Shown here in pieces: positions 48,786 through 57,003 of a stretch of 62,407 bases of DNA (position 1 is the stretch's first letter; each line of letters opens with the position of its first letter). This stretch comes from Aequorivita sp. (GTDB lineage Bacteria; Bacteroidota; Bacteroidia; Flavobacteriales; Flavobacteriaceae). The position numbers were made by a program, and so were the translations under genes. The notes beneath the pieces are model-generated. The model worked only from the letters and a program-made list of their open reading frames with translations, was not told the origin of the DNA and made no database searches. The stretch is taken from NCBI GenBank assembly GCA_026646335.1, contig JAPKFY010000001.1:1-62407 (forward strand), read 5' to 3'.

Positions 48786-51700
48786 ATGGCAAGAATATTA
48801 GGATTGGACTTGGGGACGAATTCTGTTGGGTGGGCGATTGTGGATGATAACTCGAACAAGATTATGGGAATGGGGAGTAGGATATTCCCAATGGGAGTAG
48901 ATAACTTGGGAGATGGTGCTAATGAAATGTCTAGAAACGCGACTAGAACAGGTGCGAGAGGCGTGCGTCGACAATTTTTCAGGAGGCGTTTGCGAAAGAA
49001 GATATTATTGAAAATGCTTTCAGAATACAGGATGTGTCCTTTGGATAATGATGATTTTAAAAATTGGATGCAGACAAAGAAGTTTCCGTCCAAAAAACTT
49101 GCAGCTTGGTTTGCGCTCAATCCGTATGAACTACGGAATAAAGCTATAACTGAGAAAATATCACTTGAAGAAATTGGCAGGATATTTTATCATTTAATAC
49201 AAAGACGTGGGTTTTTAAGTAATAGCCGAAAGGGAGGGAAAGATGATGGCGCTATTTTTAAAGGTAACTCTAAAGAAGGCAAAATAGGAATTGATGAGAC
49301 TCGCGAAAGTATTCAGGACAAAACATTGGGTGCATATTTATTTGATATATATCCAAAAGAAAATCAGCCTTTTATAGATGGCCTGGAACGAATACGGAAT
49401 CGTTACACTACCCGAAAAATGTATGTGGATGAGTTCGAGAATATTTGGGAATACCAAAAGCAATATCACCAAGAGCTTAACGATACATTAAAAACTATCA
49501 TTGGTGGTAGAAAACAGGATGGTTATGATGAAGATGGGGTTTTATTCCATCAACGACCGTTGCGTTCGCAAAAACATTTAGTGGGCAACTGTTCTTTTGA
49601 GCCTTCAAAAACTAAATGTCCAATAAGTGCCATCCCAAACGAAATGAGGCGTATTTATGAATGGGTCAATACCGTGGAATGCAATGGGAAAAAGATTTTA
49701 CAGGAAGAAAGGGAAAAGATGATAGCCATATTGTTGAGCAAAGAAAAACCTTTCTTTAAAGATTTGAAGAAAGCGATTGGGAAAGTTGATGCCAATTATA
49801 AATTCAATTATAAAGATGAAGATAAAATTGTGGGAACGCATACCATTTCAAATTTATCCAACAAAAAATTCTTTGGGAAGCAGTGGTTTGACTTATCTGA
49901 AAAGGAACAGGAAGATATTTGGCATGTGCTATATTTTTTTGACAGTAAAGACAAGGTGAAAGAATATGCAATTACACATTGGGGTTTTGAAGATGAAAAA
50001 GCCGATGTGATTTCAAATTTTAATTTAAAAGATGGTTATGCCAACTTAAGCCGAAAAGCCATCAACAATATCCTTACGTTTCTTAAAATGGGTTTTACCT
50101 ATGACGTTTCAGTTACGTTGGGAGGGATTAAGAATGCTTTTGGAAAAGAATGGGAAACTTTGGAAGAAGAAAAGAAGAATTTCCTTTTAGATAATGTGCC
50201 AGAGATTGTTCGTGCCAAAATTTCTGGAGGATATATTGACACCCTCAAGGAATTTTTGAAAAAAGACTTCGGTATGACCGATAAACAGCAAGCCAAATTG
50301 TATCATCATTCGGCAACTATCAATACGAAAGAGATTCAAGAAAAATTGCCAGTTTGGAAAGAAGCCGATAAAGAAATACAGGCAATAAGAAATCCTATTG
50401 TGATTACCGCTTTATTTGAATTGCGAAAACTAGTTAATGAACTGATAGTGGAGTACGGAAAATTTGATGAAGTGAAGGTGGAAATGGCCCGTGATTTAAA
50501 AATTTCAAAAACAAAAAGAAACCAGATAAGGAGAGATCAACAACGGTTGGAACGTGAAAATGATCGTGTTAAAGAAGAGCTAAGCAGACTAGGGGAACGC
50601 ATTACACATGACAATATTCTTAAATATAAACTTTGGGAAGAGTGCAAAAACACCTGTCCTTATACAGGAGTAACTATCCCAGTCCACAAGCTCTTTACTG
50701 GAGAAGTGCAGATTGAGCACATACATCCCTGGAGCCGTTCGCTCAACGATAGTTTTATGAACAAAACACTCTGTTGGGCAGATGAGAACAGAAAAAAGGG
50801 CGACCGTACCCCTTTTGAATTTTATGGCAGCGATGAAGCCAATTGGTTAACTATAAAGGAACGCGCATTAAAATTGTTTTCGGACACCAAGGAATATCCC
50901 AAGGCATATCAAAAATTCAAACGCTTCGTGCAGCAAAAGTTTGATGATGATTTTACAACCCGTCAGTTGAATGATACCCGTTATATCAGCAAAGAAGCAA
51001 AGAACTATTTAAAGCAGATTTGTGAAAAGGTTACCGTAGCGCCGGGACAAATGACGGCGACCCTTCGGCACTTTTGGGGATTGAATTCAGTCTTAAATGA
51101 TGAAAATGAAAAAACAAGAGAGGACCATCGCCATCATGCTATAGATGCGCTGGTTATGGCTTGTGGCAAAACGCGCTACCTGCAAGAACTTTCAAAATGG
51201 AACCGATATGATAGGCAAGCCGCTAGTTCCAATTTTCCTCTCCCGTGGGATTCATTCCGCTATGATGCCGAGCAAGCTGTTGATGATATTTTGGTTTCGC
51301 ATAAAAAGCAGAACAATATTATTACCGTTCGCACCCATAAAACAGAAAAGAACGGGAAAGTATTTAAAAATGTTGGTGTTGCTGCGCGGGGGCAGTTGCA
51401 TAAGGAAACTGTTTTCGGAAAACGCAAAGCACCTTTTGGGGAAGAAGCGTTTCACGTTAGGAAACCGATTGACAGTTTAACAACTGAGAAGCATATAGAA
51501 AAAGTGGTGGATGAAACTATAAAACATTTAATATTTAAGCGAATTCATTTTTTAGGAGGTTATGTAAAGGGAAAAATTCCACCCAATACCTTTTTTGAAA
51601 TTGATGAAAATGGTGTAACCCACCCACAGATATTCCTTCCCAATAAAAACGGGAATCCCGTTCCTGTTTTAAAGGTAAGGATGAAAGAAAATATAGGGGG

Positions 51701-52166
51701 TGCTGAGCAATTGAAAGATGATATTAACCAATGGGTTAATCCAAGAAACAATCATCACGTTCTTATTTATAAAGATGCTGAAGGTAATCTCAAAGAGGAT
51801 GTTGTTACTTTTTGGACGGTTGTGGAGCGCAAACGAAAAGGGTTTCCGGTATATCAATTGCCGCTAGATGGTTTAGAAATTGTGACCACCATGCAGATTA
51901 ATGATATGTTTTTATTGGGGATTGATGAAGAGGAAATCAATTGGGAAAAGCCTGATGTTTCGCTGCTAAAGGAACATTTGTTTAGAGTGCAAAAGTTGTC
52001 ATCTAAGTTTTATGAATTTAGGTTGTGTACAGAAGCTTCTATTCAACAAAATGTTTTGCCATTTTATAGAAGAATAACAGGTTTTGGTGAGGGTATTGGT
52101 GGGTTTTTGACTCATAATCCAATAAAAGTAAAACTCTCGGTTTCCGGAAAAATAGAAAGATTCTGA
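48786..52166 (+). CDS. cas9: Type II-C CRISPR nuclease Cas9 (1126 aa)
   Basis: RuvC-I ILGLDLGTNSVGWA, Arg-rich bridge helix, RuvC-II VEMARD, HNH IEHIHP..NKTLC...N, RuvC-III HHAIDA; no csn2 or cas4 in the locus. Confidence 0.97.
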   Translation: MARILGLDLGTNSVGWAIVDDNSNKIMGMGSRIFPMGVDNLGDGANEMSRNATRTGARGVRRQFFRRRLRKKILLKMLSEYRMCPLDNDDFKNWMQTKKFPSKKLAAWFALNPYELRNKAITEKISLEEIGRIFYHLIQRRGFLSNSRKGGKDDGAIFKGNSKEGKIGIDETRESIQDKTLGAYLFDIYPKENQPFIDGLERIRNRYTTRKMYVDEFENIWEYQKQYHQELNDTLKTIIGGRKQDGYDEDGVLFHQRPLRSQKHLVGNCSFEPSKTKCPISAIPNEMRRIYEWVNTVECNGKKILQEEREKMIAILLSKEKPFFKDLKKAIGKVDANYKFNYKDEDKIVGTHTISNLSNKKFFGKQWFDLSEKEQEDIWHVLYFFDSKDKVKEYAITHWGFEDEKADVISNFNLKDGYANLSRKAINNILTFLKMGFTYDVSVTLGGIKNAFGKEWETLEEEKKNFLLDNVPEIVRAKISGGYIDTLKEFLKKDFGMTDKQQAKLYHHSATINTKEIQEKLPVWKEADKEIQAIRNPIVITALFELRKLVNELIVEYGKFDEVKVEMARDLKISKTKRNQIRRDQQRLERENDRVKEELSRLGERITHDNILKYKLWEECKNTCPYTGVTIPVHKLFTGEVQIEHIHPWSRSLNDSFMNKTLCWADENRKKGDRTPFEFYGSDEANWLTIKERALKLFSDTKEYPKAYQKFKRFVQQKFDDDFTTRQLNDTRYISKEAKNYLKQICEKVTVAPGQMTATLRHFWGLNSVLNDENEKTREDHRHHAIDALVMACGKTRYLQELSKWNRYDRQAASSNFPLPWDSFRYDAEQAVDDILVSHKKQNNIITVRTHKTEKNGKVFKNVGVAARGQLHKETVFGKRKAPFGEEAFHVRKPIDSLTTEKHIEKVVDETIKHLIFKRIHFLGGYVKGKIPPNTFFEIDENGVTHPQIFLPNKNGNPVPVLKVRMKENIGGAEQLKDDINQWVNPRNNHHVLIYKDAEGNLKEDVVTFWTVVERKRKGFPVYQLPLDGLEIVTTMQINDMFLLGIDEEEINWEKPDVSLLKEHLFRVQKLSSKFYEFRLCTEASIQQNVLPFYRRITGFGEGIGGFLTHNPIKVKLSVSGKIERF

Positions 52167-52172
52167 ATTATT

Positions 52173-52206
52173 TGTCATTCCGACGCAGGAGGAATCCCAT
52201 AAGAGT
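52173..52206. repeat. GTCA-tagged REP-like palindrome TGTCATTCCGACGCAGGAGGAATCCCATA
   Basis: Related copies at 52549, 52629, 55287, 55349 and 55394. Confidence 0.8.
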
Positions 52207-52222
52207 AAATACCTAAGCTATT

Positions 52223-52546
52223 ATGATTGAATTTAAAGAAGGCAGCCATACGTATTACGTTTACATTATTACCAATAAATATCGATCGACTTATTATATT
52301 GGGGTGACCAATAATCTTGGGAAAAGATTACTGCAACATCGTGAGAATATTGAAAAGGGGGTTAAAACATTTGCATCTAGGTATCAAATACAGCATTTGG
52401 TTTATTATGAAGAGTTTTCTTGGGTGCAGCTGGCTATTGCGAGGGAAAAGGAACTTAAGGGATGGCGTAGGGACAAGAAATTGGATTTGATACGTTCTTT
52501 CAATGCTGCTTTTGAGTTTTTGGAGGATCGGTTTTTTGGGGATTGA
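52223..52546 (+). CDS. Stand-alone GIY-YIG nuclease family protein
   Basis: YYVYIITN....YIGVTNNL..R, LVYYE and AIAREKELKGWRR.KK motifs. Confidence 0.9.
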   Translation: MIEFKEGSHTYYVYIITNKYRSTYYIGVTNNLGKRLLQHRENIEKGVKTFASRYQIQHLVYYEEFSWVQLAIAREKELKGWRRDKKLDLIRSFNAAFEFLEDRFFGD

Positions 52547-52548
52547 CT

Positions 52549-52652
52549 TGTCATTTCGACCAGAGGGAGAAATCCCATAAGAGTGAGTTTTCGGCTGTTA
52601 AATAAAGGTTGATGGCTCAGCAGGATGTGATTCCTCCTTCGTCGGAATGACA
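52549..52652. repeat. Inverted pair of REP-like palindromes downstream of the GIY-YIG gene
   Basis: TGTCATTTCGACC..GAAATCCCATAAGAGT (52549-52584) and GATTCCTCCTTCGTCGGAATGACA (52629-52652). Confidence 0.75.
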
Positions 52653-52745
52653 AAATGATGTTCATTGACAAAAAGTTTTCGAAGTCATAAATGACCAAAC
52701 CACAACGGAAAACCGACCTTTTGGTTTTTGTTGTGACGATTTTCC

Positions 52746-53831
52746 GTTGTGGTTTGATTAAAGATTAGGATTCACGATATTTGCGTGGCGACCTAAACAA
52801 CACGAAACATTGTTGTGGTTTGATTAAAGATTAGGATTCACGATATTACCTTTGTATCTACTCACTCCGTCTGGCAGTTGTGGTTTGATTAAAGATTAGG
52901 ATTCACGATATTTTATTCCTGGGCAATGTCCACATCTACCAGTTGTGGTTTGATTAAAGATTAGGATTCACGATATTATAACGACGAAGAAGACAGCCAA
53001 TTATATTGTTGTGGTTTGATTAAAGATTAGGATTCACGATATTTTGCTTGTTCAAATACTCCGTTTCCGGCCAGTTGTGGTTTGATTAAAGATTAGGATT
53101 CACGATATTTATGTAGTGGTCCTTCTTTTCGGTTGGGGTGTTGTGGTTTGATTAAAGATTAGGATTCACGATATTCGAATTGAAGCGTTACAACGCAATG
53201 GCGGGTTGTGGTTTGATTAAAGATTAGGATTCACGATATTTGAATGGTCTGCAACCAATACGTCATTAATGTTGTGGTTTGATTAAAGATTAGGATTCAC
53301 GATATTCCGTTGGAAATACTTCATTTGTAGCAAGCCGTTGTGGTTTGATTAAAGATTAGGATTCACGATATTCATCCTAACAGATCCTTATTCAAAATCA
53401 TTGTTGTGGTTTGATTAAAGATTAGGATTCACGATATTAAGCATTCACTGGATCTGGGATGGTGGCGAGTTGTGGTTTGATTAAAGATTAGGATTCACGA
53501 TATTCACATCAAAAAATCCCGCAGATCCTTACCGTTGTGGTTTGATTAAAGATTAGGATTCACGATATTAAATGCTAGAAGCAAGCCAATACATAACCAG
53601 TTGTGGTTTGATTAAAGATTAGGATTCACGATATTTTTTAAAGTTGCTTCAGCGTTTGCACCGTTGTTGTGGTTTGATTAAAGATTAGGATTCACGATAT
53701 TCGTTTATATGCGGTTTTTGTCAAAGCACCGTTGTGGTTTGATTAAAGATTAGGATTCACGATATTCTGGAAAGTCCTTATTTTTCAGTATATTAGTTGT
53801 GGTTTGATTAAAGATTAGGATTCACGATATT
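52746..53831 (+). CRISPR. CRISPR array: 17 identical 36-bp repeats GTTGTGGTTTGATTAAAGATTAGGATTCACGATATT and 16 spacers of 29-30 bp
   Basis: Repeats start at 52746, 52812, 52877, 52942, 53008, 53074, 53140, 53205, 53271, 53337, 53403, 53469, 53534, 53600, 53666, 53731 and 53796; strand inferred from tracrRNA pairing. Confidence 0.98.
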
Positions 53832-53936
53832 GGTTGCGCTGTTAGCTTCTAATTATCAAAAGATTATCGTGGAATATCGGGAATTAAAATGCCCCTTTTT
53901 TGTTGTGATTAGACAAGATTGGGGCGTTTTTTTGTT

Positions 53937-54266
53937 TTAAAACAACTCCAATTGTGCTGGTGGTGGCTCTTTGGGCACTTCGGCCCTGCCCCAAAAATTC
54001 ATGATATTGCCGAACTGTTTATCGGTAATCCGCAAAATGCTCACTTTGCCCAATGGTGGTAATAGCCTAAAAACTCTTTTTTCATGTACGTCTGCGCTTT
54101 CGCTGCTGGCACAGTGTCTTATATAAACGGAATATTGCATCATGGCATAACCATCCTTGATGAGGTTTTTTCTAAAAAGTCCCGCATTTCGACGGTCCTT
54201 TTTTGTTTCGGTGGGAAGGTCAAAGAATACAAATAACCACATAATTCTATACCCATTTAATTCCAT
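53937..54266 (-). CDS. cas2: CRISPR-associated endonuclease Cas2
   Basis: MWLFVFFDLP, MMQYSVY and ITDKQF motifs. Confidence 0.95.
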   Translation of the reverse strand: MELNGYRIMWLFVFFDLPTETKKDRRNAGLFRKNLIKDGYAMMQYSVYIRHCASSESADVHEKRVFRLLPPLGKVSILRITDKQFGNIMNFWGRAEVPKEPPPAQLELF

Positions 54267-55141
54267 AATCTTGGATAGCTAATTTTCTTTGCCGTTCCGT
54301 TATAACATTGCTGAAGTGAACTTGTGGTTCGTGAAAGAGCAACCATTAATGGGCTTTTGGTTGTTTTGAAATAGACTGTTTCCGTGAGTACTGAGAGCAG
54401 GGTTAATTTGATTTCTGTTGTGAGTTCGTTTTCATTATAATTTGCCATTACTTGAAGTACTTTAGCATCCACCAATGGGCGATAAGGCTCCATAATATCG
54501 TCTGCCAGACAGAAAGCGTTGTATTTATTATGATGGTGAATTCCTAAAGTGCAAAGAAGTCCACTTGCAGCAAGGGATCTGGCTACTGCTGCCCTTAGGA
54601 TTATGTAGCCATAATTGAGAAAGGAATTAGGATAGTCGCCATAACGTTCTCTTTTAAAATCGAAATCGAATAGGTGTTTCCAATAATGCGCAGCCGCTGC
54701 ACCTTCACGGTTGTCGGTGTCGCCGCTCAAAACTTTTGATTCATGGAATTTCATTACTTCAAAACTTTTGTTGCGTTTTTGAAGATGTTGTGCTTGGTGC
54801 TTTATTTTCTTTTTAATAATTTGTTGCCATAACTGTTTTTTCAAAGGTTCAGAGGCTTTTATCTGGGTGCTGAATAGTTCCTGCTGGGTATGATGGCCCT
54901 CCAGATTTAAAAGCATCCCTGATGGCATGTGTTTGGCATCGCAAAAAACTACGGCCACATTATTGTCAATGAGTTTGTTTAATGCTGGAATGGAAATGTA
55001 GGTTTCTTGGTTTTCGATTACAACGAAGCCAATATCTTCAATGGGGACCATTTTTTCTCCTGATTCGGTTTTAACTACCAATTGTTCCCATTTGGTGGTA
55101 ATGGATGATTTGTTGGCGAAGAAGAGGGCTCTTTTTAACAT
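54257..55141 (-). CDS. cas1: CRISPR-associated endonuclease Cas1 (type II)
   Basis: VPIEDIG, NREGAAA..YW, LNYGY.ILRA, GIHH.N and LADDIMEPYRP motifs. Confidence 0.95.
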   Translation of the reverse strand: MLKRALFFANKSSITTKWEQLVVKTESGEKMVPIEDIGFVVIENQETYISIPALNKLIDNNVAVVFCDAKHMPSGMLLNLEGHHTQQELFSTQIKASEPLKKQLWQQIIKKKIKHQAQHLQKRNKSFEVMKFHESKVLSGDTDNREGAAAAHYWKHLFDFDFKRERYGDYPNSFLNYGYIILRAAVARSLAASGLLCTLGIHHHNKYNAFCLADDIMEPYRPLVDAKVLQVMANYNENELTTEIKLTLLSVLTETVYFKTTKSPLMVALSRTTSSLQQCYNGTAKKISYPRLWN

Positions 55142-55197
55142 ACCCACTGGTTTTTAGGTTAAGGCTTTCAAATTAGGTTTTAACGGGAGACTTATTA

Positions 55198-55211
55198 TAC
55201 GGAAAACCGTA
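55198..55211. promoter_or_regulatory. TACGGAAAACCGTA palindrome upstream of cas1
   Basis: Exact match to 56261-56274 with similar flanking sequence. Confidence 0.55.
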
Positions 55212-55286
55212 AACAGGAAGAATTTTTTAAATATTTGAAATGGGGCAAATTGCGGCAGACTCGAAGTGAGGTTATTGGCTTACAGG

Positions 55287-55422
55287 TATGGGATTCCTCC
55301 TTCGTCGGAATGACAGACTGAAGTGCCATTGAGACTCAACTTGGGTGTGATTTCTCCTATGTCGGAATGATAAAGGGGTGATTGGCTTACGGTTATGGAG
55401 TTTATGTTTCGTCTGAATGACA
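55287..55422. repeat. Cluster of three REP-like elements (..TCGGAATGACA)
   Basis: Copies at 55287-55315, 55349-55372 and a degenerate one at 55394-55422. Confidence 0.75.
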
Positions 55423-55527
55423 AACTCAGACAGAATCTACCTTCAGTGTTTTTTGAACAAGTTACTTAGCGAGTTGGAACATTCAGAATATATAGTTATA
55501 AATGCTGATAACACTTTCCAGATGCAC

Positions 55528-55591
55528 TTTTGGTCAGGCGTTTGCAGCGATTGCCGGATTTTGTTTTGGCGGTGCATTGGGTGGCAGTGGT
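55528..55591. repeat. 64-bp direct repeat, right copy
   Basis: Identical to 48509-48572. Confidence 0.9.
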
Positions 55592-55612
55592 TTACGGAAA
55601 ACCGCAAAGCCC

Positions 55613-55891
55613 CTATTTTTTTAAAATATATTCACTTAATTCCTTTTCGGGATAGACTTTGTTCGTTTTAGTTATCAGTATTTTTTCGCCGTTTACTTCG
55701 ATTATTTGGTAATGTTTGTTGCAGTTGCGGACTCGAAAATGGAGGGCTCTCAATCCTGCTTTTAGGCCCTTCGTCTCAGTTTGTTCATACACATAATGAG
55801 AGCAGGATTTTTTGAACAAACACTTTCTGCGCCTATTTTCTGGCACTAATAACCAATAGATTTTTATGAATATCAATACGATGGATTTCAT
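55613..55891 (-). CDS. YidD-like (haemolytic domain) small protein
   Basis: IKIYW...RKCLFKKSCSHY....GL.AG....R..NC pattern. Confidence 0.7.
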   Translation of the reverse strand: MKSIVLIFIKIYWLLVPENRRRKCLFKKSCSHYVYEQTETKGLKAGLRALHFRVRNCNKHYQIIEVNGEKILITKTNKVYPEKELSEYILKK

Positions 55892-56121
55892 ATTCTTTTA
55901 AAGATCAACATGTTGCTAACTAAGTTAAAGCCTGGTTTAGCGCCGAGGCCAAAACGGCCCGTATCTCTGCTTACATATTTGGTTACAGTTTCCATTTGTA
56001 AATACTCCCAGCCTTGTTCAGCATATTTATTTATTAGTTGTTCTAGTTGAAGTGATACATGGTTTGAGAAACCAGTTTTGTGGTCAATGTGTGCTGTGAA
56101 GGGGACTACTTTATATTCCAT
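55888..56121 (-). CDS. DUF4177-like small protein
   Basis: MEYKVVPF...LEQLINKYAEQGWEY...LIFKR; ATG at 56121. Confidence 0.65.
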   Translation of the reverse strand: MEYKVVPFTAHIDHKTGFSNHVSLQLEQLINKYAEQGWEYLQMETVTKYVSRDTGRFGLGAKPGFNLVSNMLIFKRI

Positions 56122-56256
56122 AGTATAATTGTGAGGTTTTTTTAGAAAAAATCCCCCACGGAATCCCGTAAGGGATGGTGAAAAACCACGCTGTATTCTC
56201 CCCAGAATAGTACTCGTGGTTAAGCCCATGCTAAATTATGGAGGGTGGGGAAACTT

Positions 56257-56278
56257 ATTTTACGGAAAACCGTAAAAT
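56257..56278. promoter_or_regulatory. Extended palindrome ATTTTACGGAAAACCGTAAAAT
   Basis: Perfect 9-bp arms just downstream of the response regulator gene. Confidence 0.6.
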
Positions 56279-56334
56279 GGGAATTTATTTAAATTTACTT
56301 GGAAGTGCTTTTCTGTGGAGGCAAAAGGGGTTTG

Positions 56335-57000
56335 TTATATAAGCCCAAGGTCTTTTGCTATAGAAATAAGTTGTACGGAATTCTTGGCATTAAACTGATT
56401 TTTAAGCTTGACTATTTTTTTTTCGATTGCGCTCAGGCTGCTAGGTGATATATCTTTTTCTTTGAAATTTTGACTGATTTCCTCTTGCGAATTTCCTTTG
56501 GAAAGGAGTTTCATAATTTCGATATCATAATCTTCTATTTCAGCAGTTGAGGTTTCCCGTAATACATTGCTAATTTGCGGGGAAAGATAATTTCGGCCAT
56601 TTAATACAGCATTTATGGCTTCGTCCAGTTCCCTTAAACCGTTTCGGCCTTTACAGACGTAGGCGTCCGCCTTGCTGTCTAACATTACAGTCCGTATTTT
56701 TTGTGGGCGGTCTTCCACGGAATAGGCTATTATTTTGAGTGCTGGATATTCTTGCTTAAGAACTTTTATGAGTTTTTCGCCAGAAGGGTATTGTTGTTGG
56801 CGATGGTCTGCCTTGAAGGAAAGATCGGTAATCAACAAATCAAAGGGTTGCTTGTCAAGATTTGCTTTTTTAATGTTCAAGTAGGCATCATCGCAATACT
56901 GTACTTGTTTATAATTGTCTATATGGAGCACTTCCAGCACAGAAACAATACCATTGCTGATGCTGCCAAGGTCTTCAGAAACCAAAACTTTTTTGAACAT
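56335..57000 (-). CDS. Response regulator (REC domain + LuxR-like HTH)
   Basis: VLVSED, LLITDLSF (phospho-Asp) and YVCK motifs; C-terminal HTH. Confidence 0.88.
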   Translation of the reverse strand: MFKKVLVSEDLGSISNGIVSVLEVLHIDNYKQVQYCDDAYLNIKKANLDKQPFDLLITDLSFKADHRQQQYPSGEKLIKVLKQEYPALKIIAYSVEDRPQKIRTVMLDSKADAYVCKGRNGLRELDEAINAVLNGRNYLSPQISNVLRETSTAEIEDYDIEIMKLLSKGNSQEEISQNFKEKDISPSSLSAIEKKIVKLKNQFNAKNSVQLISIAKDLGLI

Positions 57001-57003
57001 AGC

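Noticed and set aside
48786-52166. Catalytically dead or transposon-associated Cas9
   Set aside because: RuvC and HNH catalytic motifs are intact and no tns or transposase genes are nearby
52657-52706. CAAACCACAAC anti-repeat as the tracrRNA
   Set aside because: Only 11 nt are complementary and no nexus or terminator follows; 48595-48678 is a much better candidate
52746-53831. Self-targeting spacers or repeat-internal promoters
   Set aside because: No spacer match within the window was noticed by eye (not exhaustive), and the repeat lacks a clear Bacteroidota TAnnTTTG element
55287-55422. Mini CRISPR array upstream of cas1
   Set aside because: Units are degenerate REP-like palindromes with irregular spacing, unrelated to the CRISPR repeat
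55417-55671. 84-aa plus-strand ORF
   Set aside because: Starts in a REP, crosses the direct repeat and overlaps the YidD-like gene in antisense; no recognisable motif
55888-56229. 113-aa version of the DUF4177-like ORF
   Set aside because: The N-terminal extension runs through the structured element; ATG 56121 gives a family-like start
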